In this document: positions 28,456 through 40,046 of the stretch, in pieces
Position numbering within the stretch: the stretch's first letter is position 1
Layout: each line of letters starts with the position of its first letter
Source of the DNA: the human T2T-CHM13v2.0 reference genome, Homo sapiens
Reading direction: 5' to 3' (one strand)
DNA length: 64,000 nt
NCBI RefSeq assembly: GCF_009914755.1
Contig: NC_060935.1
The notes under the pieces: generated by a model
The model's database searches: none
Seen by the model: only the letters and a program-made list of their open reading frames with translations
What the model was told of the DNA's origin: nothing
Translations under genes and position numbers: made by a program

Positions 28456-29719
28456 AAAAAAAGAAAGTTAAGAAAGAAGAATAGAAAAGAATAAAAAAAT
28501 GATGAAGTCACAAGCCCACTGAGATTGTTCTTTCTGGCAAAATCCCACTGTGTCTGCTGGTGTGTGATGCTGTGTGTGTGTGTTTATGGGTGGGTGGATG
28601 TGTGGGTGTGCATGTCCAGGTGTCCTTGCTGTATCTGCTTTTCTTAGGAACAATTATCAACCCTATGTGGCCTTCACTAGACCTTTCAAACACCCAAGAC
28701 AGCACACAGTGGCTATGTAATAATGAACAATAATTAATAATAATAACAATGATGATGTTCAGTGCTGCTGACTAATTCAGACTTCTCCAGGGGGAAGAAG
28801 CACCGTTGCTATTTTTGGAGAGAACAGAACTGAAGAACTGCATGAAAATTTGCATTTTTTAACTAATTTATTGAGTTTCCATTTATGACTTTCTTTAAAT
28901 GTGACATGAATGAATTGCTTTATTTTCTAAAAGAACACTACCAAATGAGAACACTTATTTATACATTTTAACAGCACCCAATAAAAGTTACCATTGTGTT
29001 TCATAATCACATTATGACTATTTGAGAAATGTTTTTCCACGTGGATGAATGACGAAAGGCAGCTTTGGGTTGACTTGTTAATTCATCTTTCTTCATATCC
29101 TCCAAGGTCATAAATATCTACGATCTATTACCTGGCACTGGTTGTCCAGTATCCGTAGGAACCTCAGCATTATTTTGATGGCATGGCTTTACTTTGTCTT
29201 GGTGGATCCTGTACTCACTGTTATTGCTGAACTCAAATTGCTTCAAGGTTCCAGATAAACCTCTTAATACCATGAATAAGTAGTTTATTCAAGGAAGCAG
29301 CTCTTGGTGGTTCTTGGATCTTTGGGAGGCAGGCTCTTTTGACAGATGTGCCCCTTCTTTCCCTTCTGAGGTCTTCATTTCCTAAGCCCCCACGGCAGGA
29401 CAGACAGCACCGATTCCTGCATCCATTCTCCACCCAGGTGGGCTCCCCTCTGCCCTGTGGAAGTTGACAAGCTGCCCTTCAAAGCAGTCTGACAGAGGAG
29501 GATCTGTCGGGGGTAAAAGTGGCAGAGCTGGTCAGCTCAGCAAGTTTCTACTCTGTCTGAAAATCCCTCACCAGGAGTTTTTACGCATTTATTTCTTTAT
29601 TCACTTGTGTATTCCTACATTGTATAAATAGTTACTTGTCAGGCATTGTTCTTGGTGTTCAAATCAAGGCAATAATGTTACTTTTGCTGTTAAAAATGAT
29701 AATACCAAAACATTGTCCA

Positions 29720-30965
29720 TAAAATAAATAAATTAAAAATCAGACTTTATTAAAACAAAATTTTGGTCCTTACAAAACACTGTTAAGAAAATAGCAAGAA
29801 GACATATTTGAAGAAAAATAAAATATTTTCCAAGAATATATCCAACAAAAGACTTTTATTTAAAATACATAAATAACTGTTAAAACTCAACAACAAAAAT
29901 ATAGGCAACCCAATTTTTTAAATGAGCCAAACAACTGAATAGACACTTCATGAAAGAATGTATATGGACAGCAGATAAGCATAATAAAACATGCTTAACA
30001 TCATTTGTCATATAAGAAATAAAAGTTAAAATTAAAATGAGACACACCAAGCACGTATTATGTTCTTTTTAAATTTAAAAAGCTGATAACACCTCATTTG
30101 TTACTGGTGGGAAATTTAAAATAGCATAGCCACTTTGGAAGACAGCATGACTATTTCTTATAAAATTAAACACACACTTATAGATCAAGCTTTACTCTTC
30201 CTGGATATTTACCCAAGTGAACTGAAAATGTTTGTTCACACAAAAACCATATGTGAATGTTAATAACAGCTTTATTCATAAATTTCAAAACTGAAAACAC
30301 CCAAGATGTTCTTCAAAAGGTGAATGGATGAACAGATCCTAGTGTACGAATAATATGCAGTATTAATCAGCAACACAAGGAGGCAATGGTTGATTTATGC
30401 AGCAACATAGAAGAGTCCTAATTGGAGTTTACTCAGTAAAATAATCCACACTCCTAAAGGTACAATTATTGTACGATTACATTTATGTGGGGCTTGGGAA
30501 AAGGTGGAACTGTAAGAATGGAAAACAGAGCAATGGTTGACAGTAGTGGAGGGAGTAGGATATGGTTTACTCTAACGGGCCACACAGGAGACTTGGGGGT
30601 TACAGAACTATTTTAGCATGACTTACTGACACGTGTGCACACATGGGTTGGTATACATGCATGCATTTCCTAACTCTACACACTTAGAGGGTCTAGAAGC
30701 AGTAACACCCCAGTAGCAATGAGCACACCCAGCATCCAGATCTTGGTTTCTGAATACCCTCCTCCAGTTAAAAAGAAACAAGGGTCTTTGGAGAAATGGT
30801 TAACTGTATGAATGGACCATGGAAAATTGCACAAGATGACTTAGCGTAGGTGATAATGCCAGAAGCAAAGAGGCACTAACAACAAGAGTTAGTGTGAACA
30901 TGGCAGAAATTTGAATTAAGCTTGTAGTTTAATAATATTGTACCATTGTTAATTCCTTAGTTTTC
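29720..30965 (+). mobile_element. L1MC-like 3' fragments
   Basis: ORF2-end and 3'UTR motifs (gaatagacacttc...; ccccagtagcaatgagcacacccagcatccagatcttggtttct). Confidence 0.7.
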
Positions 30966-30975
30966 ACAAATATCC

Positions 30976-31320
30976 TGTGAACCCTGAAAATTTGAGACAG
31001 GTCTCAGTTGATCTAGAAAGTTCATTTTGCCAAGTTTGAGGATGCACCTGTGACAGCCTCAGGAAGTCCTGACGACACATGCCCAAGGTGGTCGGGGCAC
31101 AGCTTGGTTTTACACATTTAGGGACACATGAGACATCAGTCAACATGTAAGAAGTACATTGTTCGGTCTGGAAAGGCGGGGAGGCTGGAAGCAGGGAGGG
31201 AGCTTCCAGGTCACAGATAGGTGAGACACAAATGGTTACATTCTTCTGAGTTTCTGATTAGCCTCTCCAAAGGAGGCAAATCAGATGTGCATCGATCTCA
31301 GTGAGCAGAGGAGTGACTTG
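30976..31320 (-). mobile_element. MER4A1-like LTR, truncated
   Basis: TGTGAACCCTGAAAATTTGAGACAGGTCTCAG; reverse homology to 7614-8231; homology stops abruptly near 31320. Confidence 0.85.
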
Positions 31321-31379
31321 GAGATCTCAGGAAATTCTGTCCTCCATTTGGACGACAGAATTTCCTGAGGTCTCCAAGT
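31316..31379. repeat. Near-perfect inverted repeat, 31-bp arms with a 2-nt loop
   Basis: acttggagatctcaggaaattctgtcctcca-tt-tggacgacagaatttcctgaggtctccaagt; 29 of 31 Watson-Crick pairs. Confidence 0.95.
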
Positions 31380-31876
31380 AGGACGAAGTTTTAAAACGGT
31401 GGTTAGCCTCAGCTGCCTCCTCCATGTTCCTGTGCAGGGTTCCCCTCTCTCAGCAGCAGGTAAGAAAGCTGAGCCCTCTCAGTGCTGGGAAGTCTACCCC
31501 TTCCTCCTGTCTGGCCACACGGTGAGGTCAGTAACACAGATGTGAAGAGCCCCTGACGTTCCACGGGCTCTGCAGCTGGCCTTCACTTGACCCCAGGTCC
31601 TTCTCCCTGCTGACACAGATGAAACTCCCTCCTTCACACTGAGGCCTGGTGTGTTGATATTGACTGCACAGAGAGATACGTGTCTGTTGGCTAATTTTGC
31701 CAATGGTCTCACCCAGCCCTGATTCTGTCTATAGTCCCTCTGCAGCCACTCACTGTCCAACCCCAGCTCCACAGCAAACATCCACCTTTCCTTGTCCACC
31801 TCACCTTCATCTATCATTCTCTCTACTAAAACTTGAGCAAGAACAGACAGGTATTCAAAGACCTCTGGGGTGGCGG

Positions 31877-31965
31877 GGGAGAGAGAGAGAGAGAGAGGCA
31901 GAGACTGAAATAGAGAGACAGAAAGACAGAGAGACACAAACACAGAGTAAGAGAGACAGACAGAG
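31877..31965. repeat. (GA)n/(GACA)n simple repeat
   Basis: gagagagagagagagagaggcagagactg... Confidence 0.85.
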
Positions 31966-32576
31966 GGAAGTGGTGATGGGCAGGCCTCACTGCAGCCGTA
32001 GCCACTTCCTTTCCCCAGGGCTGAGTGACCTGCCCTCACCCTCAGCTCAGTACCTCCCACTGTTCCATGATTCAGTCTGATCTGAGACAAAGGGGGTTTG
32101 CGTTTTTTTAAAGCAATTTTTTTCTCATGACGAAAGCAACAGATTGTCATTGTAGAATATATATTCAGTGCAGATAAGCAAAAAAAAGTATAAATCATAC
32201 ATAATACCATAACCAAGAAACCATCATTTTGGCACTCCTAGCTTATCAACTTTTCCAGAAGATGCCCTAAGAATAAAATTCCCACATTCAAATATGATGG
32301 AGAGACATGGTGCATGCTGGGGTCTTGGGGAGGCCCTGGGTAGGGACCCACTGGTCTGCACTCTCACAGAACCTCACTTATAATTCATTTTAACAAAACA
32401 CACGTATGTATAAATAAACACACACATATATACATATATACCATATTTTAACCAACTAGATAATGCTCCATCACAGGCTCATTAACTGGTCAGAGCAGAG
32501 GGTCTTTGTGTGATGGCACCGCGAAAACCTTACCCGATGAGGGAAGACACCCCTGCCCCCTGAAGCACACACATGA

Positions 32577-32651
<75 letters not shown>
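32577..32651. repeat. (CA)n microsatellite, ~37 units
   Basis: 75 bp of purine-pyrimidine alternation with two substitutions that keep the alternation. Confidence 0.98.
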
Positions 32652-32652
<1 letters not shown>

Positions 32653-33124
32653 GAGAGGCATTAACAGAAGACAGGGCTTTCCATTCCAGGTAGGTACAAA
32701 GAAGATATGTTGATAACACATTATAAGGGTGTCCCAGAGCCCTCCTCATTAGATGCTGCAACACTGAGAACAGAGTTTCTGCTTCCTGTCTCTCGAGATT
32801 GTTTTGCTTATTTCCTGGGGATTTCGCTAGTTATGATTATAGTCAAAGGATCAGAGAGTTGAAATGGTGCTCAAAGATTGTCATTTTAGGCCATGCATTT
32901 TCAATGAGAGAAATTGGTTGTTGGAGGAGATGAAAAATTTTAGATATTACAACGGATTGGGTCTCTCTAAAGGGCCACAGTACATAGACAGATACATAAT
33001 ATATATCAGTGGTTTAAAATTTTATGAGGAGAGCAGTAGAAGTAATTAGGAAAATATAGGCCTAAAAAGGCTCTTTAGGGCAGTGATTATAAAAGAAAAA
33101 TAAAAAGGTTAAGAAACACCCTTC

Positions 33125-33640
33125 TAGACCACTAGCTCTAAATGTTATATGCAATCAGAATTTCCTGGAGACATTGATAAAATGCAGATATATGAGTTTA
33201 TGCCTACAGATTCTGATGAATTAATCTAAAGTATGGCCTGGGTATCAATTATTTTTAAACATTGCCAGTGATTCTGAAACCCATCCAAGGCTGAGAACCA
33301 TTGGTCTAGATTTTTGCTGTGGACAATGTGGTAACTGGACCAGCAGCAGCAACAGCCACTGGGAGTTTGTCATAAGTTTTAGATGTAAACCCCACTCTGT
33401 GCCTGCTGAATCAGAATATGCATTTAAAGACGATTGTCAGGTGATTCATATGTACGGGATATGTTGAGAGCATTGAAGTGGACCATGGTTATGAACCTGT
33501 TTGACCACCAAAATCACCAATAACCTAACTATACAGCAGCCATAGCCCACTCCAGAGCCCTCACACCAGAATCGCTGGTCTTGGGGGTGATGGCTCCGCT
33601 GCTTCTACACATTTCCATACATGATTCTGATGCAGAGTGC
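33125..33640. mobile_element. Cluster of MER5-type hAT-Charlie fragments
   Basis: aatcagaatttcctggag...aaaatgcagat; gtgattctga...tgagaaccattg; ctgaatcagaatatgcattt. Confidence 0.65.
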
Positions 33641-33711
33641 TGGATAAAATCTAAGGACTGGATCCAAAAACACAATAGTAATCAGAAGAGAAGTAAAATG
33701 ACTTATCCAGG

Positions 33712-34217
33712 AGTTTTAGCCACCTCCTATTCTCCCGATTGTTGAGGGAGGAATTATGGCTGTGGTTACAGGTGTGGCCAAACATATGTGGCCTAGCAGT
33801 GGACAGATGAGACTGACAGCCATTGACTAGTAACACATACTCACAGCCAGGCAGGAGGACACACGACCCATGCAGGGCCACATGGGGGTTGTACATAGTG
33901 AACAAGGAGGGAGGCAGGCTTTGTAGTAGCAAGAGGGTGGGGTGCCCTTGATTCCTGTAGGAAAGTGCGACTGGCTTGTTCAAATAATGCTGTGGGCTGG
34001 CAGGGAATTAAATACTGCTACTCAGGAGTATGCAAGGACTGCTAATTGGTCTTCCTGATAAGGTGGGTTGTTTAACTAGGAGACCTTACCTGCATGAGCA
34101 GAGCAGGGTGGTGGTGGCAGGTGATATGGGCTCATGCTATGCAAGGCCCTCCCAGTTCCAGATGTCAAGGCAGGACATACTCTTTATTGAAACTTAATAT
34201 CAGGCCTTACACTACCA
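33712..34217 (-). mobile_element. MER54/LTR53-like ERVL LTR (putative 3' LTR)
   Basis: Minus strand tggtagtgtaaggcctgatattaag...tgccttgacatctgg; preceded by a PPT-like aaggggccaa. Confidence 0.72.
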
Positions 34218-34265
34218 TTGGCCCCTTGATGCCCTGACATCAATTTAAACTCTGGTGTTTATAGA

Positions 34266-34792
34266 TATCACAGGGCAAACCCCAAAGTTGGGGTTCAGCC
34301 TGGGAGGCCACATGGGTTCTTGGCTTCACACAGGAAGGAATTAAAGAGTGAGCCAACCGTAAAGTGAAAGCAGGTTTATTAAGAAAGTAAAAAATAAAAG
34401 GATGGCTACTCCATAGGCAGAGCAGCCCTGAGGGCAGCTAGTTGGCTATTTTTATGGTTATTTCTTGATCATATGCTAAACAAGGGGTGAATTATTCATG
34501 AATTTTCTGGGAAAAGGGTGGGCAATTTCCGGGACTGAAGGTTCTTTCCCCTTTTCAACCATATAAGGTAATGTTGCCATGTAGCCACAGCATTTGTAAA
34601 TTGTCATGCACTGTTGGGAGTTTCCCGTAGCATGCTAATGTATTATAATTAGTGTATGATAAGCATAACCAGAGGTCGCTTTCCTTGACATCTTGGTTTT
34701 GGCAGGTTTGGACCCACTTCTTTACCACGTCTCATTTTACCAGCAGGCTCTTGGTGAACCTGCAAAACCAGTCCTGCTGAGCTCCTACCTCA
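34266..34792 (-). mobile_element. MER41/MER66-group ERV1 solo LTR with a GAS motif
   Basis: Homologous to 2933-3464 (gtaaagtgaaagca...ctactccataggcagagcagccc) but with an extra segment containing TTCTGGGAA. Confidence 0.75.
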
Positions 34793-35054
34793 TTCAGGCT
34801 CCTGGAAAGTAGAAGTATCTCCCTAGGGAGTGAAATGGGTACTAGGCCAGGAGGGTGAGGGCCACATGTTGGGATAGTTGTCAAAAACATGAACCTTTGA
34901 GGTGTCTCCCATTATGGCCAATAAGGGAAATTGAGAGAACTGTGAGGCATTGGTGCAGTGAATGCTTGTCCCCAGGAAGCAGGAATGTGATTCGAGACTA
35001 GTCAATGCTCTTGGCAGTAGTGACACCCAGCAATAGACCCATTTGCTACTTTTT

Positions 35055-35235
35055 ACCTTAATAGGAGTTCTTTGGAGAGTCCATTATGTCTCAGTTAAGC
35101 CAACTGTTCAGGGCCTGTAGGGGAGGTGAAAATTCCAACAAATGGCTTTTTCAAGAGTTCGGCGTTAGGCACTCTGAGGAGTGAAATGAGAGCCTTGGTC
35201 ACTGCCAGTAAAGTGTAGAATTCCATGGGGATGAG
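35055..35235 (-). pseudogene. Decayed ERVL integrase core fragment
   Basis: Manual translation HPHGILHFTGSDQGSHFT...ICWNFHLPYRP*TVGLTE, frameshift, NGLSKELL; matches the retroviral integrase SDxG...HxPYxPQxxGxxERxN pattern. Confidence 0.8.
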
Positions 35236-35434
35236 AAGTGTCCTGGTGAGGCCTTGTTCTGCCACCCTTAGCATCTGTAGAGGCACCCATTATCTTCATT
35301 TATACTGTGGTATCTGTGATACAAGAGATCACAGTGTTCTTTACCCCAAAGGAAACAACTCTTAAGCAACGGGCCAAAAGTTTATAACTCAGAAACGGAA
35401 CAGCCAAAGACTGGCAGATGGGCTTCTCAGTCTC

Positions 35435-35705
35435 AAGAGGGTGGAGAGTCCCTGGTTTCCAGGGAAGGACTATTTGGCTTGTCTGAGTAACTGTGCAGGC
35501 TGGCAGGGGGCCTAATGCCTCCTCTCAGGTATAAACAAAAACTGTGCCTAGTCCCTGTATAAGGAGGCCTGTTTGACTAGGAGGCCCTATTGACAGAGTC
35601 AGAGTGGGGCGGGAACTGCATTAGAATCTTCAAAGCTGCCATGGTTTCACCAAATGTCAAGGCAGCACATCATGTAGGGCTTTAGTTTTAGGCCTTATGC
35701 CACAC
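35435..35705 (-). mobile_element. MER54/LTR53-like ERVL LTR fragment (putative 5' LTR, U3 part)
   Basis: Homologous to ~33930-34217 (agagggtgg...gctggcaggg...atgtcaaggcag...aggcctta). Confidence 0.68.
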
Positions 35706-35735
35706 CGAGATCAAACACAGGCCTAAAGATTGACA

Positions 35736-35781
35736 CATTGAAAGTAGTGGCAAAGCTACAATTACTTTTGCTCCAGCCTAA
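35736..35781. mobile_element. MADE1 (Hsmar1 MITE) half element
   Basis: cattgaaagtagtggcaaagctacaattacttttgctccagcctaa|TA matches one MADE1 arm. Confidence 0.8.
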
Positions 35782-35984
35782 TACATTATGCTATTCTCCC
35801 ACTGCCTGTCTCATAGCCTTGAAGTAGAAAGTCTCCTAGAACATATCGTCAGGCCAGATCCAGAGAAGACAGTGGAAAACACAGTGAATTCATAGTAGAA
35901 GTTGCCCACTATGTCAGGTTAACTATATATTCGATTAGAGCCCTGCAATGTTTCCTCGTTGAGGTAAATTACACTAATGCTTTT

Positions 35985-36430
35985 ATTGGTTGTTTGTTTA
36001 CTGAGGTAAAATTCATACTACATAAAGAACAATTTTAAAGTGTTAAATTCAATGATGTTTAGCACATTTGCAAGGTTGTGCCATCATACCTTTGTCTAGT
36101 TCCAAAATATTTTCATGGTCTTTTTAAAAGAGAAGTCCTTTACCCTTAAATACTCACTTTCCATTTTTCCTTCCTTCCCAGACATCAGCAACCACTAATT
36201 AGTTCTCTGTACAGATTTAACTGTTCTAGATATTTTAGATAAATGAAATAATACAGTACTTGATTTTTTTGGTCTAATTTTCTGCACATTAGGCTCAAAT
36301 AATGAACACATGATGAAAATTACGCTAAGTGAAAAGTTGTAGCATGTATCAAATACTTCATTACTTTTTGTGGCTGAATAATATTCCATTATATGAATAA
36401 ACCAGATTTGTTTATACATTCATGCATTTT
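35985..36430 (-). mobile_element. Old L1M 3' end fragment
   Basis: ctgaggtaaaattcatac...; tggctgaataatattccattatatg. Confidence 0.7.
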
Positions 36431-36727
36431 ATTTTATGTTATTTTATTGAAATCTCTCTCTGTTATCTGGGCTGGAATGCCCTGGCACAATCATAGCTCT
36501 CTGGAGCCTTGAACTCCTGGGCTCTAGCAATCCTCCCCTCTCAGGCTCCTGAGTAGCTGGGGCTATAGGTGTGTGCCACCATGCCCAGATAATTTTAAAA
36601 CATTTTTGTAGATATGAGATTTTGCTATGTTTTCCACACTAGTGTCAAACACCTGGCCTCAAGCAACCCTCCTGCCTTGGCTTCTCAGAGTTCTGGAATT
36701 ACAAGTATGAGCTACTGTGCCCAGCCC
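36431..36727 (-). mobile_element. AluJ
   Basis: Diverged Alu (aactcctgggctc, caatcctcc); TSD cattcatgcatttt on both sides. Confidence 0.92.
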
Positions 36728-39704
36728 CATTCATGCATTTTAATCAAAGTTTGTAAGTAGCATTTCTAAATGGCAGAATACACAGAAGGCCCCTCACTTC
36801 AGCAGGAGGGGGAGGTCAGAGCATGCAGAGTCTCCAATTTTTACCAACACTGCACTCTAACCAAAGAAGGTAGCAGCCTGGGCATGGTTATGTGGGCAAA
36901 TGAATACTTTGCCTCTCATCTCTGTCCTCGGCACCATCATCCTTTCTGACCCACCCCTAAACCTGAAGAAACTCAGTTTTTCGGAGATGTTCAAAACCTA
37001 TTCTCTAACCTTCATTGTGGATCTCCTCACCCCAGAAAGTTTTCTAGGCCTTGGTCTGAGGGCTGAGGTCCAGCTGGGCTTTTTAATCAGCAGATTTTTT
37101 CTGGAGGCCCTGATTGCTATATTGAAATTCTCTTCATCCACAGCCAGAGAAAACAATGAGTCAAACAATGAGTCTTGCTCAGAATCAGTTATTTTGAACT
37201 GTTCATTGACATTCTCATGAAAACATCCCTCAGCCCGGCCCACTTCTCCCAGAAATGCACCCCAATATCTTCAAGGCACTGGAGCTTTTCCACTCAGGTG
37301 ACAGACCTGTTCCACTCTTTGGGTCCATTGGAGGGAGGCAGATGATGGAAGAGAGAAGGGAGCATCATGCCAGTTATTACTTTAAGAGACACTTAATGAG
37401 ACTGTTGCATGAGTGATGGGCTGTACAAAACAAGATGTTTAAAGCTATTTGGATTTCAATTGAAAGTGTGAAAAATACGTGTTTTGTGAGAGGTGTTGTT
37501 GCCTGATGTGAAAATGTAAGATGTTTTCCTACTCAGACTAAACATATAAATGGATGAAGAAAGGCTCTAATAAGGTTATGCACGTTGAAGTGATTTTTGT
37601 CATGGAGCTATGTGCAGATGTTGTATGTAGGAGTGGACAGTGATATTATTGGTATCACTCCAGTCTATAGAGCTTATACACAGTGTTTTAAATCCATTTA
37701 TAAATATATCAAACAAAATGCATCTTGTGTCAGGAGGTAGAAGGTAATGCTTCTTTATATTTACAGTTAAATCTGAAGTATAGAGAAGGCAAAAATCTTC
37801 CATTTCTTACCAAATCAGGATAAAAAACAAGGGATCCTAAATCCTGACGTGGTGAGTTTCTATTTTGCATTGCTTTGCCTGAATAGGTGACTTAGCTTGT
37901 TTTTAAAATAGAAGCAACTTGGAATGGAAAATGGCCTTTCTTTGAAAACATACATATTTTATAGAAAAGCAGATATGGATTCAGAAAACAAGCCAGAAAT
38001 CTTACAGTGGAAAGTATGTATGTGTGTGTGGTGGAGAAGGAGGTAGGGGAGAATAAAATTTGTATTTAATGAACCAGGTTTTATTCCTATTCTATCACCA
38101 TGGCAGTCAATGTACTTAGCTCACTAATTAGGCGATCGCAAACACTTTTTTTATTTACTTTACTATAGGGCCTGGAAAACTCAATACTATTTTCCTAAGC
38201 CTTTTTGACAGTAGGGGTAGTGATATGTCATTTTTCAGACTAATTAATTATATGTGATTACTGTGGGGGAAGTCTAGAACATTTATTTTCTTTCCAAATA
38301 GAAGAAACAGTTGAAACTAATGAAATTTTTTTATTTTTCTGCTTTGATTACAGATATAATTTTGAGTTGGACGTGCCATGTTGTTCATGGCAAAGTCATA
38401 AGCATAAAACAAAGGCCAACAGAACAAAGAAAGACCATCACTCCATCACTCACACCAGCTAGCTCTAAAATAACACCATCAGCTGCCTATCCCTAGGTTA
38501 TGCATTTTGAGAAAATACTACCTCCTAATTTACAGCTGTATGTATGTTGAAATTCTAGAGCCGATTACATAATTTGCAAATTGGACTTGCAACTAAATTT
38601 CTCAGATATGGTGTTAAAATGGGAAAGAGTCCATTTCAGAGAGCCCAATAGAGTTGACAGGATAATTAGCTAAGAAATGTGCACAAGGTCGTGGCTGAGG
38701 CTGATATAGAGGAGACCTTTCTCTACCTTCTTCTCCATCACCAATACCTCCTCCTCCTTCCTGGGATACTGTCATACCCATAGCATTGCTAAATGTAGCA
38801 AAAAATTCTTTCCTGGGCAGATCTCAAGGTTAGGCATAGATTTGCACTTGGGCTGGATGAATGAGTGAAAGACAAATAGACTTTCAAGTTCCAAATAAGA
38901 AAAATGAATTGGATATTTGCCTGTAGAACTCATCAATCATATTTTCCTAGACTCTTCCTTCACCTTAATTATTCTGGCACCCTGCTTAGGTCTTTCACCT
39001 GAGCACTTAACTGAAGAATACTTTAAAGCTCAGCTGGGTGCCACCAACCCTCCTCAGGTTGTGTGTGCATGTGAAAATATGTATATGCCTGCTAAAGCTT
39101 AATTTTTTTCTTTTTCTAGAAGTATTTATATTTGAATAGGAGATTCCTGAAGCTATAAGGCCTTTAAAGTGTGACAGAGCAGATATTTTGTAGATATGGT
39201 TTCCAGTATTCTGACGGATGGTAAATGACGCCATTTATATGTCTTACTTTACAGGAAGTAAAAGAAAGGCAGATACTCTGCATGCATTTTCAATGTGCTT
39301 GAGCTAATAAGAAGCAGTATTTAAGTAAGAAACCAGCTTGTGTACTCTTGTCTTTAATGCAGGTGTAGTGATTCATTAACAGCCTTGATTATGAAGATTT
39401 TAAGTGATGCTGATGGCCTAAACTTTTATGATTTTTGCCTTGATTATTTATAGGTTATAAAGAGAACAGGCTCTTTGAAGCAGAAAAAAACACTGCTTCC
39501 AAGAGCCAAGACTCATTTGCTGATTTTTCAAGGCTAATCATTTAACTCTTGCTTAATTACATACCAGGGTCAGGAAGAGAGCCGTTTTCAGCACTGGACA
39601 GCGACAAGCAGGGCTAGCTACGTAGCACCTCAGTGAAGAAAGATCTAAGTCTAGAGAGAAAAACTGAGTTTACTCAGGTTGGAGAAAAGAGAAAACAAGA
39701 TTAA

Positions 39705-40046
<342 letters not shown>

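Noticed and set aside
35736-35781. miR-548-type hairpin from MADE1
   Set aside because: Only one arm of the MITE is present, so no stem can form.
36900-37243. Overlapping 106-aa and 81-aa ORFs with protein-like composition
   Set aside because: There is no recognisable homology, splice structure, poly-A tail or TSD to support an exon or a processed pseudogene.
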